Shown one piece after another: positions 9,223 through 19,195 of a stretch of 64,000 nucleotides of DNA; position 1 is the first letter of the stretch, and each line of letters starts with the position of its first letter. The notes under the pieces are model-generated. The model did not search any database and was not told the DNA's origin. It worked only from the letters and a program-made list of their open reading frames with translations. The stretch is from a virus. Location: positions 85,156 to 149,155 of the IMG/VR virus record IMGVR_UViG_3300017605_001304, one strand, 5' to 3'. A program made the position numbers and the translations under genes.

Positions 9223-12200
9223 TTACGTGTACTCGACGACGCGCGCGGCGCCGGTGGCCGACACCCAGATGCCGTCCACATTGCCGGTGTAATTGAAGGG
9301 ACACTCGTAGTACCCGTTCGCAGGAACCTGCAACGTGTAGCTCGTATTGCTTGCTGTCGTTCCATTCTTGAGATAGAGAATGGAGGTCGAATCGTTGTAA
9401 ACGCTGTAGCCAAGCCGGTTGGAGTTGGAGGTCAGCAGCGTCGTGCTCGACGCCAGTGCGTTCACAGTATTCGTGGTCGCCGTGGCCGAAGTCACGGCCT
9501 TCGTGGTGACGGTCGCAGCGATCGAGATCGGCTGGGTGACGGCCGAGCCGTCGACCTTCATGGCCTTGCTGGCCGTGATGGTCAGGCGCTGTCCGCGGGT
9601 CGTCTCGTCTTCGATGACGAGGACCTGGGCGCGCTTGGAGTCGATGCGCCCTGCCGCGACGTCGTTCTCAGTAAGCGCCGTCGCGCCCGACACGTTGTCG
9701 TCGTAGTAGTAACCCGCCGGGAAGACGGGCGTCGTCGCATCGGTGAAGGGCGCGTTGTCCGCGACGGCCAACTGCTCCGTCGTGTTCACCGAGCCCGAGA
9801 CCGTGACCGCACCGCTGGAGATCGTGGTGCTACCGGCGACGAGGTTGACCCGGATCGCGTTGTTGGTCGCGTCGCCGGGCTTCACCAGGGTGTTGCCGGT
9901 ATCCGTGATCGCCGCGGCCAGCGGCGACGAGGCCGGAGCATCGACGGTCAGCGATCCCGCGTTGTCCGAGACCGGGAAGGGTCCCGTACCCGCATTCGCA
10001 GTGACCGTGCCGGAGACCGGCTGGGTGACGGCCGAGCCGTCCACCTTGAGCGCATTCGTGAGCTGGACCTGATCGGTCGCGAGCGTCACGCGCAGCGTGC
10101 CCGCGCTCTTGCTGCCCGAGTTCGTGTCGACCGCGGTACCGGCCCACTGCGTCTGGTTCACCGACTGGTTGGCCGACAGCGCGCCAATCGTGTTCGTACC
10201 GGCCGGGAGCGCCGAGCTCAGCGCCACCGTGCTCGTGCCACGCGACGCACGGATGCTGACCGTCGACGAGTTCGTACCCGCCGTCGAGACCCGCACCCGG
10301 AAGGCGGTGAACCCGGTGATGTTGCCCTGGGTCTGGACGTCGCCCGCCGCCTGCGTGACCGTGTTCGCCACCGCGCCGGTCGAGACGGTGCCAGCCGTGC
10401 CGGAGATGGCCACCATGTTGACCGGCTGGAAGTTCGTGCCGTCGACCGAGCCTTCGAAGACGAGGGTGCCGGTGCCCGTGCCCCAGGTGATGCGCACGCC
10501 CACGCCGCCGTAGCCCACGAGCGACGACACCGTGATGGCGTTCGCCGTCGAGGTCATGCTGAGCGACTGCGTGACCTGCGTCGTGTCGTTGCCCGAGCGC
10601 TCACGGTCCCAGGTGGAACCGTTCCAACCCAAGGCCAGCGCACCGACCGAAGTTGTAGTCGGATTGGCCGTGGCATCGGCCAGCGCCGCAGCCGCCGGAA
10701 GCTCCGAGTCGACTGCAAGCGTGCCAGTACCGGCATTGGCCGTGACCGTGCCGGAGATCGTGAAGGTGCCCGAGCCCGCATTCGCGGTCACCGTGCCGGA
10801 GACCGGTTGCGTGACCGCAGAGCCATCGACCTTGAGGGCGTTGGTGAGCGCCGGCTGATCGGTCGCGATGACGATGCGCTGCGTACCGGCGCTCTTGGTG
10901 CCGGAGTTCGTGTCGATGTTCGTGCCGCCGAGCTGCAGCGTATTCGTCGCGAAGTTGCCGGCACCCGGATTCGCCGTGACCGTGCCCGAGATGGTCTGCG
11001 TGCCCGACGGGATGTTGCGCACGACAAGCCCGAGGTCGCTGCCTCCGGGAGTCGTGGTCGCCGTCGCGAGCTCCGTCCCGTCCGCCTTGCGCAGGTTCGT
11101 ATGGAACGCGCGCTTGGCCGTGATGCGGACTGCGGCTGCCTGATCTTCGGTCGGGTCGGCGGAGATCGTGTCGTTCAGCACGCCGCCGGACGGGGTGAAG
11201 GTCGTGGAGCCTTCCGTGAACGTGCTCTTGTCGGCTTGCGCCGTGCCGCCCGAGCCAGCACCGGCGACGATGTTCACACGAATGGCGTTGTTGCCGGCAT
11301 CGCCCGGCTTGACCAGCGTGTTGCTGGTATCGGTGATGGCGACGGCGACGGGGGTCGCAGCCGGAGCATCGACCGTGAGCGAGCCCGAGTTGTCGGAGAC
11401 AGGGAATGGGCCCGTACCGGCATTCGCCGTCACGGTTCCCGAAACCGCCTGGGTTCCAGACGGGATGTTGCGGACGATCAGCGCCTGCTCCGAGCCGCCC
11501 GGAGTCGACGTGGCCGAGGCCAGCTCGACTCCGGTGGCGCTCCGCAGGTTCGCATGCAGGCCGCGCTTCGCCGTCATGCGCAGCGCCGCGGCCTGATCCT
11601 CGGTCGGATCCGCCGAGATCGTGTCGTTCAGCACAGCCCCGACAGGAGTGAACGTCGTCGTGCCTTCCGTGAAGGTCGACTTGTCCGCCTGCGCGGTACC
11701 ACCTGAGCCGGCGCCCGCCACGATGTTGACGCGGATCGCGTTGTTGCCTGCGTCCCCGGGCTTGACGAGCGTGTTGCTCGTGTCCGTGATCGCGGTGGCG
11801 ACCGGCGTCGCCGCAGGCGCGTCCACGGTGAGAGAGCCGGAGTTATCGGAAACCGGGAAAGGTCCCGTACCCGCGTTCGCCGTGACCGTGCCCGAGACCG
11901 TCGTAGTTCCCGTCGCGCGGGTGACGAGGCCGTAGTCCGAGCCGCCGGGCGTCGTGTTCGTGACGACGACGACGTTGGTGCCGTCCGTGACCTTGGTCTT
12001 CTGCGTGCCGTCCGTCTGCGCCGAAGAGACGGCCGCAAGCGTCGACTGCGTGGCCAGCGAACCCGAGGTCCCGATGTTCGCCGTGATCGTGCCGTCGACC
12101 GTGAGCGAGCTGGAGTTGTCGTCGACGTGGAAGACCTGGGAGCCGCCCGACACGGGCTGGGTCACCGCCGAGCCGTCGACCTTGAGGGCGTTGGCGCCGG

Positions 12201-12384
12201 TCACGGCGACGGCGTTCGTCCCGTCGCTGGGGCGCACATAGAGCGGGGAGCCCGAGTGCACGTCCGTCGCGGCGCCATCCGCGCCCTGCTGAATCTTGAC
12301 GCGCTGGACCTTGACGCCCGCGATGTCGTCGGTGCTGACGGTATCGCCGCCGGACCCGGCGTTCAGAATCGTGTTGTCGGACAC
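9223..12384 (-). CDS. Long repetitive fibre protein
   Basis: 1053 aa; KVDGSAVTQP x4, ANAGTGPFPVSDNxGSLTVDAPA x3 and a long tandem duplication; small beta-rich C-terminal domain. Confidence 0.7.
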   Translation of the reverse strand: MSDNTILNAGSGGDTVSTDDIAGVKVQRVKIQQGADGAATDVHSGSPLYVRPSDGTNAVAVTGANALKVDGSAVTQPVSGGSQVFHVDDNSSSLTVDGTITANIGTSGSLATQSTLAAVSSAQTDGTQKTKVTDGTNVVVVTNTTPGGSDYGLVTRATGTTTVSGTVTANAGTGPFPVSDNSGSLTVDAPAATPVATAITDTSNTLVKPGDAGNNAIRVNIVAGAGSGGTAQADKSTFTEGTTTFTPVGAVLNDTISADPTEDQAAALRMTAKRGLHANLRSATGVELASATSTPGGSEQALIVRNIPSGTQAVSGTVTANAGTGPFPVSDNSGSLTVDAPAATPVAVAITDTSNTLVKPGDAGNNAIRVNIVAGAGSGGTAQADKSTFTEGSTTFTPSGGVLNDTISADPTEDQAAAVRITAKRAFHTNLRKADGTELATATTTPGGSDLGLVVRNIPSGTQTISGTVTANPGAGNFATNTLQLGGTNIDTNSGTKSAGTQRIVIATDQPALTNALKVDGSAVTQPVSGTVTANAGSGTFTISGTVTANAGTGTLAVDSELPAAAALADATANPTTTSVGALALGWNGSTWDRERSGNDTTQVTQSLSMTSTANAITVSSLVGYGGVGVRITWGTGTGTLVFEGSVDGTNFQPVNMVAISGTAGTVSTGAVANTVTQAAGDVQTQGNITGFTAFRVRVSTAGTNSSTVSIRASRGTSTVALSSALPAGTNTIGALSANQSVNQTQWAGTAVDTNSGSKSAGTLRVTLATDQVQLTNALKVDGSAVTQPVSGTVTANAGTGPFPVSDNAGSLTVDAPASSPLAAAITDTGNTLVKPGDATNNAIRVNLVAGSTTISSGAVTVSGSVNTTEQLAVADNAPFTDATTPVFPAGYYYDDNVSGATALTENDVAAGRIDSKRAQVLVIEDETTRGQRLTITASKAMKVDGSAVTQPISIAATVTTKAVTSATATTNTVNALASSTTLLTSNSNRLGYSVYNDSTSILYLKNGTTASNTSYTLQVPANGYYECPFNYTGNVDGIWVSATGAARVVEYT

Positions 12385-12397
12385 TTTTCACTCCTCG

Positions 12398-12928
12398 CTA
12401 TGCAGCCACCACGGGCTTGACCTCTGCGTACCACTTCTCGGCGGCTGATTGGAAGTTGATGTGATCGGAGGTCTGTTCGATGGCGCCGTCGAACTTGACG
12501 ATCCGTTGCGTCGGAATCACTGCGCCGTCTTTCGTCGTGACTTCAATGACGAGGCCCTCGGCCGGAGGGCTCAAGAAGCAAACGCTCCGGCCGAGGGTCT
12601 GGTCCGGCTGCAACTGTTCCACGCCAATCAAGTAAGACGCGATGAAGGTACTGCCGCCCTGCAACAGACAGAATGTCCTGCGCAGCAGGATGGGATGCTG
12701 TCCTGGGCGCAGTTGAATGGAAGCCGACTTCAAGCCCGGCATCGTCGGGAGCCATGCGATTTCCGACATCGGGCGCAGGAAGTCGATCTTGCTTTCCTCC
12801 CCGGTCGGGGAGATCTGATCTAGGACTGTGCCGTCCGCATACGTAATCCGCCAAATGTACTTGTAGCGGTTACGAATGATGACTTGGGTCTGCGCGTCAG
12901 TGCAGACGATCTCCGTCACTTCTGCCAC
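12398..12928 (-). CDS. Hypothetical protein
   Basis: GTG 12928 with GGAGG SD; WRITYADGTVLDQ... globular sequence. Confidence 0.65.
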   Translation of the reverse strand: MAEVTEIVCTDAQTQVIIRNRYKYIWRITYADGTVLDQISPTGEESKIDFLRPMSEIAWLPTMPGLKSASIQLRPGQHPILLRRTFCLLQGGSTFIASYLIGVEQLQPDQTLGRSVCFLSPPAEGLVIEVTTKDGAVIPTQRIVKFDGAIEQTSDHINFQSAAEKWYAEVKPVVAA

Positions 12929-12948
12929 AGCAGACCCTCCTAGATCGG

Positions 12949-13437
12949 TTAAATCTCGTCCCACACCGCCTGCACGTTGCCCGACGAGTTCGTGTTCTGC
13001 AGCCCGGAGACCGCGGTCGTACCGACCGTGATCGCGAGGTAGAGCAGGTTGCCGATCTGCCCCGTGCCCGTGAACGTCGTCACGCCCGTCCACGAATAGA
13101 ACGTGTTGTTCGCCGTATTCGTGTACGCCGCGATCGAGCCCACATCCAGCTCGACCGGCTGCGAATACGAGGAGTTGAACTTGTGGTAGCTGTCGACGCC
13201 GGTCGTCTCGGTACCGTTGAAGAAGTACCGGACGTTGCTGATCTGGTTGCTCGGGGCGACGGTGCAGTTGATCCGCATCGCCTTCTCGAACGAGTAATCG
13301 ACGCCCGAGCCGGGCTTGACCATCGGGTTATTCAGGTCGATGGTCGCGTCGTTCGCGTTCTTGAAGCGCGCCTGCGTGACCGAGCTCCAGGTCGCAGACG
13401 CCGCCGTCGAGTTTTCCCACTGAACAGTTGCAGCCAT
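12949..13437 (-). CDS. Putative virion structural protein
   Basis: Beta-rich 162 aa with P..GVDYSFEK motif and C-terminal WDEI; structural context. Confidence 0.6.
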   Translation of the reverse strand: MAATVQWENSTAASATWSSVTQARFKNANDATIDLNNPMVKPGSGVDYSFEKAMRINCTVAPSNQISNVRYFFNGTETTGVDSYHKFNSSYSQPVELDVGSIAAYTNTANNTFYSWTGVTTFTGTGQIGNLLYLAITVGTTAVSGLQNTNSSGNVQAVWDEI

Positions 13438-13440
13438 GTC

Positions 13441-13851
13441 TTACTTCTCCGGGTTCGTCGCGTCGTAGACGCGAACGATGTTGAGGTGGCTATCCGTTTC
13501 GACCTTGAAGTCCTTCAGCTTCCCCTCCTCGACGCCCACGGCCTTCAGAGCCTGGAAGAATGCATTCTGGAACTCGCGGTACATCTGGGCCGACGTCGCC
13601 TGCTCGTTCTTGACCTTCTGATCGAGCTTGGTGCGCTCCGCCTCCAACGCCTTGAGGCGACGCTTCGAGTCGGCCATGACCCACTCGATCTCGTCGTTCA
13701 CCTCGTTCAGGCGCTCGCCGGCCGTCGCGACCTGCGAGTTGGCGTAGGCCAGAAGCGTCTGGAGACGCTCCAGCCGGAGACGATCGGTTTCCTGGATCAC
13801 GATGTCCTGGGTCACGGGCAGGGCTTCGGTGGTTCCCATGTCCGAGCTCAC
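13441..13851 (-). CDS. Coiled-coil hypothetical protein
   Basis: Heptad-like E/K/R/L-rich helix; overlaps upstream stop. Confidence 0.65.
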   Translation of the reverse strand: MSSDMGTTEALPVTQDIVIQETDRLRLERLQTLLAYANSQVATAGERLNEVNDEIEWVMADSKRRLKALEAERTKLDQKVKNEQATSAQMYREFQNAFFQALKAVGVEEGKLKDFKVETDSHLNIVRVYDATNPEK

Positions 13852-14390
13852 TTGCTCAGCGCCCAGTTGCGCAGCAGCTTCACGTTGTCCACGTGCGGCT
13901 GCTCGTCATCGATCTTGACGCCGCAGAACTCGGCCACGCGACGCAGGACACGCCGCTTGTTCAGCTCCTGCGAGATCTGCTCGTCGCGAGCATCGCGGAA
14001 GTACAGACGCCACTCCGCGACGGTCTTGCTGTAGACGGTCGGCTCGCCTGTCGGCTTCTGGCCCTTCCAGGTGGTGAGCGACTCGTCCTCGCCCGACGGG
14101 GCGGACAGCAGGTTCAGCGGGTCGTGGATCTTGCTGCGCTCCACGGTGATGAACAGCGGCTGCAGCGCCTTCCAGTCCCGGCAGTTCTCGAAATACTTGC
14201 CGACGATGATGCCGCCTGCAGGCAGCGCGTACAGCGACCCGTCCGGCATGGACAGCACGACAGGCGCGTCCGTAGTGAACGTGGACGTCGTCTTCCCTTC
14301 CTGGACCTTCGCCTGCTTCGTGCGATTGATCCAGAGCGGCATCTCCCGCGTGGGAGTGAACGTGCCCGTTGCGAGTGCATTGGTAGCCAC
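13848..14390 (-). CDS. Hypothetical protein downstream of capsid gene
   Basis: AAGGAG SD, GTG start, GC3-biased coding. Confidence 0.65.
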   Translation of the reverse strand: MATNALATGTFTPTREMPLWINRTKQAKVQEGKTTSTFTTDAPVVLSMPDGSLYALPAGGIIVGKYFENCRDWKALQPLFITVERSKIHDPLNLLSAPSGEDESLTTWKGQKPTGEPTVYSKTVAEWRLYFRDARDEQISQELNKRRVLRRVAEFCGVKIDDEQPHVDNVKLLRNWALSK

Positions 14391-14473
14391 GAAATCTCCT
14401 TCGCCACCGGTGAAGTGGCATGAATGGGACCGTACAGAGGATGGACGTCACCGGGGTTCGATGACGATCGGTG

Positions 14474-14503
14474 CCCTGGCAGGGCCGTGTGGCCCTGCCA
14501 GGG
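14474..14503 (-). terminator. Perfect 13-bp GC hairpin after major capsid gene (terminator or mRNA stabiliser; no U-tract)
   Basis: CCCTGGCAGGGCC-GTGT-GGCCCTGCCAGGG, about 20 nt past the MCP stop. Confidence 0.6.
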
Positions 14504-14522
14504 TTCGTTACTCAGTGCTCGA

Positions 14523-15959
14523 TTACGGGTTGAGGACCTGACCCGTCGAATACATCTTGTTGTTGATCGCCTTCACACCGTACTGCGTCATCGCGCCCTT
14601 GCGCCCGATGAAGTCATCGAGCACAACGGTCGGGGTCGTGAGGAGCGGGATGTACGGCGCGTACACGTAGCCCGCGTCCATGAACGAGTTGCCCTTGAAG
14701 CCCATCACCCACTTGTCGACCGGGAAGTTCGGGTCCTTGAAGCAATCGAAGCGACCGAGGAACTTGCCCATCTCGACGATGCCGGTGTTGCTGTGCGTCG
14801 CATACGCATTCGAGTCCGGCTTGAACTGCGGATGGGACTCGATGACGTTCGCCACCGAGGTACCCATGACCACGAAGTTCGCCTGCCCGCGCTTCGTCGC
14901 GCTGTAGATGAGCTGGCTGCCAGTGATGAACGCATCCGCGAGCGTCAGCTTGTGCTCGGCGTAGCTGATGTTCGCCGGGGTGGCCTTGTCCCAAAGGACG
15001 TTGCCCGCGCCCGCGAAGTTGTAGAGGTCGTTGATGATCTGGCGGTCGATCTCGTACTTGATCACCTCGGCCAGAACACCGACCAGCTCCGCTTCCGCAT
15101 CCAGGCCGTGGAGCGCCTGGAGGTTCTGCGAAGCCTCAAGCGACCAGTTCGCCTTGAGCTTGCGGACCTCGGCCGTGACGCTGGAGCTCGTGAGCTGCAG
15201 GTCGATGCCGGGGATTGCCGTGTTGGCCTCAGCGTCGTAGTCGTAGGTGATGAGGAGGCTCGTGGCGGTACCGCCGGTGCTCCAACCAACCGAGGCAATC
15301 GCGCCGGTCGTGTAGTTGACCGTGCCCGCGGTGATGCCCGTGCCGATCAGGTTGCCGTTGCCATCATCCGTGAAGCTCGTGGCCGTGGTCGCACCGACGA
15401 TCGTGCCGGACAGCGTGCCCGGCTTGATCGGAAGCTGACCAGAGCCCCACGTCGCGGACTGAGGCGTGGTACCGGCGAAGGTCACCGTCAACTGGGGAAC
15501 GGTCGCCGAGCTGTAATACTCGGAGTTCACCGGCCCGGTCCGCGAGTCGAAGAAGGTCGAGCCCGCGGTCTGGTTGCCCTTGGTCAGGCTCAGGATGAAG
15601 TCGAGATAGAAGACCAGCGAGATCGGCCCGGACATCGGCTGGATCGACACGATCTTGTTCGCGATGAGCTCGGGATAGATCGCCCGAACCAGCGGGAACG
15701 CGAACTTGTCGAACGAACCAATGTTGAGCAGCTTGGTCGTCTCAGTCAGCGGTCGCTCGCCCGTCAGCGTGACGTTCGGCCGCGTCTTGAGCATGTGCTG
15801 TCGCTGGTTCTCCAGAAGGAGCGCCGTCCACGGGCGGGAAAGCCCGTCGAGGCCCTTCATGTAGCGCGACCACTGAGCAGACTCGGCCAGACGCTCACCC
15901 GTGGTGATCATCTCGCCGTGCTGCTCTTCATTGAACTCCTTCAGATCGGGAGTAAGCAT
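14523..15959 (-). CDS. Major capsid protein, T4 gp23 family
   Basis: TALLLENQ; PLVRAIYPELIANKIVSIQPMSGP; RKLKANWSLEASQNLQALHGLDAEAEL; EIDRQII; GFKG..MDAGYVYAPYIPL; TQYG. Start may be TTG 15977 or ATG 15959. Confidence 0.95.
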   Translation of the reverse strand: MLTPDLKEFNEEQHGEMITTGERLAESAQWSRYMKGLDGLSRPWTALLLENQRQHMLKTRPNVTLTGERPLTETTKLLNIGSFDKFAFPLVRAIYPELIANKIVSIQPMSGPISLVFYLDFILSLTKGNQTAGSTFFDSRTGPVNSEYYSSATVPQLTVTFAGTTPQSATWGSGQLPIKPGTLSGTIVGATTATSFTDDGNGNLIGTGITAGTVNYTTGAIASVGWSTGGTATSLLITYDYDAEANTAIPGIDLQLTSSSVTAEVRKLKANWSLEASQNLQALHGLDAEAELVGVLAEVIKYEIDRQIINDLYNFAGAGNVLWDKATPANISYAEHKLTLADAFITGSQLIYSATKRGQANFVVMGTSVANVIESHPQFKPDSNAYATHSNTGIVEMGKFLGRFDCFKDPNFPVDKWVMGFKGNSFMDAGYVYAPYIPLLTTPTVVLDDFIGRKGAMTQYGVKAINNKMYSTGQVLNP

Positions 15960-15977
15960 TGGTTTCCGAAGCTCCAA

Positions 15978-17612
15978 TCATGCACGCCGCAAAAGGCCCT
16001 TGATCATGTCGCGCTTCGTCTCCGGCTTCGGAGACGCGTCTTCGGTCAGCGGCTTCCGGTCCTGGGGACCATTGGGCAGCGCCGACTCGAATGCGGGCTG
16101 ATGCGGAATGCTCGGGTCATTGTTGTCACGCGGCTGCGGGGCCAGCTTGTGCTGACCACACTGTGGGCAGGAGATTTCCTGCGCCGTGGTTTCGGCCTCG
16201 GTCACATAGTGGCAGCCTGCACAGGCGACCTTGTGAGTCGAAACCTTCGGCTTGGCGTCGGTGGCAGCGCTCTCCCGCTTGGATCGGGCAGGGTTGAACG
16301 CCTTGACCTGGATCTCGATCATTTCATCGAGTTCAGCGATCGTCTTCTGCTTACGGAGCAGTGGCTCCACCCGTCGCAGGGAGGGGTTGTCCGCAAGAGC
16401 TTCACGAATGCGGCGCAGCAGCTTCGCTTCGTCGTTGCGCTTCACGAAGGCTTCGAGCAGAGACAGCGCCGAAGCGCGCTCCGTCCCGACCTTGTGCAGC
16501 TCCTTCAACTTCTCCGCGAGCTTCTGCTCGACCTTCCGCGTCCCGTCGATGAGCGCAGCCGCGAGCTTCTTGGCCGCCTCGAACTTGCCCTTCGGGACCG
16601 AATCGGTCGACTCCACCAGTCGCCGCTCAAGCTCGGCGATCCGGCGGTCGGCAATAGACAGCCGTGCAAACGTCTCGGCCAGGAGCTCCGAACCGGCCGA
16701 AGCCGTAGTCGCGCCCGAGAACGAGCCGTTGACGGTGACAGTGTTGGCAGAACTGGTCGTGACCGGCGGAGCAATGGCCGCCTGAACGCGCGCCGCGAAC
16801 GGCGCCGCCGTCTCGTTGTACGAGCGATCCCGTGCCGCAGACGCGGCCGTACGGGACGCCTGGATGACGGCCAGGGCTTCGTCACCGTCCTTCTTCAGGG
16901 ACGGCTGCTGCCCGAGCAGGGTCTGGATCTTCGACTCAGACTCAATGAGTTCGAGAACGAACTTGTCGAGCTGCTTCGTGTCCGTGGTGGCCAGGGCTTC
17001 CTTGATCTCGTAGGCCCGGACCTGAAGGCGCCGGATCTCCGCCTGCTTTGCGTCCATGCTGGACTCCATCTTGTAAGGACCGCTCAGACTCTCCGCGAGC
17101 CGCGGGTACGCGCCTTCCACGCTCGGGGTGGAGACGAAGTCAAAGGTGTCGAGCTTGAAGCTCGCTTCCTCGACGTACTCGACTCCGTCGCGCATGACCG
17201 ACGTGCCGCGCCCTCGCGAAGAGATCCCCACGGGAACTCCGGCGCGGAACAACTTCTGAAGGTGGATGCCAGGGACCGTGTCGAGGACGAGTGCTTCGCC
17301 CTGGACTTCGTCTCCCTCCAGCCACAGCTTCTTGACAATGTGTGAAACTTCGAGCAGGTGGGTCTGACCGCTGTCGGGATGCTCCACGACGCCGGTCATG
17401 CCGTTGTTACCCATCCGCTTCTGCTGCTCGGGGTTGTTGAGCTGGTTCTCCCACAAACCCCGGGTGTAGACCCGGCCGTTGCCGTTCTTCACCCCGCCCA
17501 TCTGGAAGCGGCCACGCACCGTCATCCAGTTGTTGTTATCGACCTTCTCTTGAAGGACTGTGAACTTGGCGGGAGCAAGATGTTCAATGAGAGGCTTGAG
17601 GTCGCCGCTCAT
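15978..17612 (-). CDS. Prohead protease (T4 gp21 family) fused to coiled-coil scaffold with Zn ribbon
   Basis: KNGNGRVY, GVVEHP (His), VGISSRGRG (Ser), DFVSTPSVEGAY; long helical C-terminal half; CAGC...CPQC; TAATG coupling at 17612. Confidence 0.9.
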   Translation of the reverse strand: MSGDLKPLIEHLAPAKFTVLQEKVDNNNWMTVRGRFQMGGVKNGNGRVYTRGLWENQLNNPEQQKRMGNNGMTGVVEHPDSGQTHLLEVSHIVKKLWLEGDEVQGEALVLDTVPGIHLQKLFRAGVPVGISSRGRGTSVMRDGVEYVEEASFKLDTFDFVSTPSVEGAYPRLAESLSGPYKMESSMDAKQAEIRRLQVRAYEIKEALATTDTKQLDKFVLELIESESKIQTLLGQQPSLKKDGDEALAVIQASRTAASAARDRSYNETAAPFAARVQAAIAPPVTTSSANTVTVNGSFSGATTASAGSELLAETFARLSIADRRIAELERRLVESTDSVPKGKFEAAKKLAAALIDGTRKVEQKLAEKLKELHKVGTERASALSLLEAFVKRNDEAKLLRRIREALADNPSLRRVEPLLRKQKTIAELDEMIEIQVKAFNPARSKRESAATDAKPKVSTHKVACAGCHYVTEAETTAQEISCPQCGQHKLAPQPRDNNDPSIPHQPAFESALPNGPQDRKPLTEDASPKPETKRDMIKGLLRRA

Positions 17613-19177
17613 TAGCGGCGCCTCAGTGACTCGACCCCCGTAGCCGGGGGATCGTTCATGCGGGCGGCCCATTCTCCCCACTTGCCGAAGTTCGCCTTCC
17701 GGCGCGGGGGACCGTTCGCCGCCCAGTGCTTGAATACGTCAGCGTTGAAGCGCGGGTTCTGCCGCCGCATGACTTCGCAAATCGCGTTGATTGTTTCCGA
17801 CGTCGCCTTGCTCGTGTGCAAAGCAACCGCGATTTCCTCGAAGTCCTTTTTCGAGAGGGCTTCCTTCTTCGGCTTGTTCTTATCGCGGATCGCCTTGAAG
17901 TCGATTTGCTTGCCGGTCCCCTCGCAGTCAGGGCAGTTGTCGCGGTGCACGCCCGGCTTGCAGTGACATGGCTTGCCCGTCTTCGGCTGGTAGGACTCGA
18001 AGGCCGGGGGCTTCTTCTCTTCAGGCTCGTCGCCATCCGGTTCCGCCTGGGGCTCCGGCGGCTCGTCACCCATCTCGTCCCCGTCCGGCTCCTCTTCGGG
18101 CGGCGGAGGCTGCTCCTCCAGGAAGTGCCCGAAGTCCTCAGCAAGTCCCTGGTCGTCCAGGAACTTGGTGATCAGCTCCATCGCATAGTCGTCGTCTGCG
18201 CCCGTCTGCGACTTGTAGTCGTCGACGATCGCAGCCGCCGTGATCGTTTCCTCGACGTCCGGAGGTCCGTCGGAAGGCGGATCAACTTCCGGCTCTTCGG
18301 TCGGCAGCGGCGGAGCGTCCGCATCTTCACCCAGCGCGGCGAGCACTCGCTCCAGCGAGGCGTTGCTCTCCAGCGCCGCGATCGCGCGGTCGATCTTCTC
18401 GTTCAACTTGACCTCTCCGCCGTAGGCGTTGAGCAGGTCCTTGGTCCACTCAGCCTGAGTGGACGGGATCTGCAGCGTGTTCGCCACCGACTCGATCGTC
18501 TGACCAGAACGGAACAAAGCCAAAGCCTGTCCGACCTGGGCGATCGAGAGCCCGACGCGTGCCGCAATCTGAGCGGCCATGATCGGCGGGTCGTATTCGA
18601 GGGACGCCTCTCGCAGCGCGTTCCCAGACTTAGGCACGAATGCCTCCTTTCTGTCCTTGGGAGGTGTCCGACCACGGCTCTTCGCGTATTCGGCATCGCG
18701 CCGCATCAGCTCCTTCCCAACAGCCGCCTGCTTTTTCTTCTGAGCAGGCGTCGGGGGCTTCTGCTGCTTCAGCGTTTGCATCGACTTCTGGAACGCCTGA
18801 CTGGGACGCACGGGCCACGTCCCACTTGCCGCCCTAGAGCCCCGAAGGGTCACGGGATCCCGCACAATGTGGAACGCTTTGTAGTAGAAGTTGTCAGGCC
18901 ACTGTCCGCGGTAACCGAAGTTCGCGCGGATGTAGCGTTGCAGGTAGCGCAGACCAGCGAGTCGAGACACGTGGCGCGCCAACCGGACAAACTTCTCGTA
19001 GACCCACCAGTGGACGGGGAACCAGTAATCCTTGCGACGCTTGCTGCCGAGGGTGAGGATCAACTCACCGACGTCGAGCGGATCAGACTTCGAGTAGGTG
19101 AGGCTCTTGATCCCCATCCACTCAGGTTGATCTCCCAGGATTTCAAGCAGCCCCTTCTCGGGGTTGACTGTGAGCAT
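17612..19177 (-). CDS. Modular head-associated protein (KTSC-like, HTH-like, acidic linkers, Cys cluster, KKDFxxIA...NPRF module)
   Basis: IKSLTY...ELILTL...VYEKF...YLQRYIR (KTSC-like); IAARVGLSIAQV; CHC...CPDCEGTG; KKDFEEIA...QNPRFNADVF. Confidence 0.6.
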   Translation of the reverse strand: MLTVNPEKGLLEILGDQPEWMGIKSLTYSKSDPLDVGELILTLGSKRRKDYWFPVHWWVYEKFVRLARHVSRLAGLRYLQRYIRANFGYRGQWPDNFYYKAFHIVRDPVTLRGSRAASGTWPVRPSQAFQKSMQTLKQQKPPTPAQKKKQAAVGKELMRRDAEYAKSRGRTPPKDRKEAFVPKSGNALREASLEYDPPIMAAQIAARVGLSIAQVGQALALFRSGQTIESVANTLQIPSTQAEWTKDLLNAYGGEVKLNEKIDRAIAALESNASLERVLAALGEDADAPPLPTEEPEVDPPSDGPPDVEETITAAAIVDDYKSQTGADDDYAMELITKFLDDQGLAEDFGHFLEEQPPPPEEEPDGDEMGDEPPEPQAEPDGDEPEEKKPPAFESYQPKTGKPCHCKPGVHRDNCPDCEGTGKQIDFKAIRDKNKPKKEALSKKDFEEIAVALHTSKATSETINAICEVMRRQNPRFNADVFKHWAANGPPRRKANFGKWGEWAARMNDPPATGVESLRRR

Positions 19178-19195
19178 CCTGGATCTCCTACGTCA

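Noticed and set aside
8845-17345. Very long plus-strand ORFs (8845-11706, 14424-17345; also 17726-19696, 35126-37351, 38291-39892)
   Set aside because: Antisense shadows of GC3-rich minus-strand genes; R/V/L/D-rich nonsense composition with no motifs.
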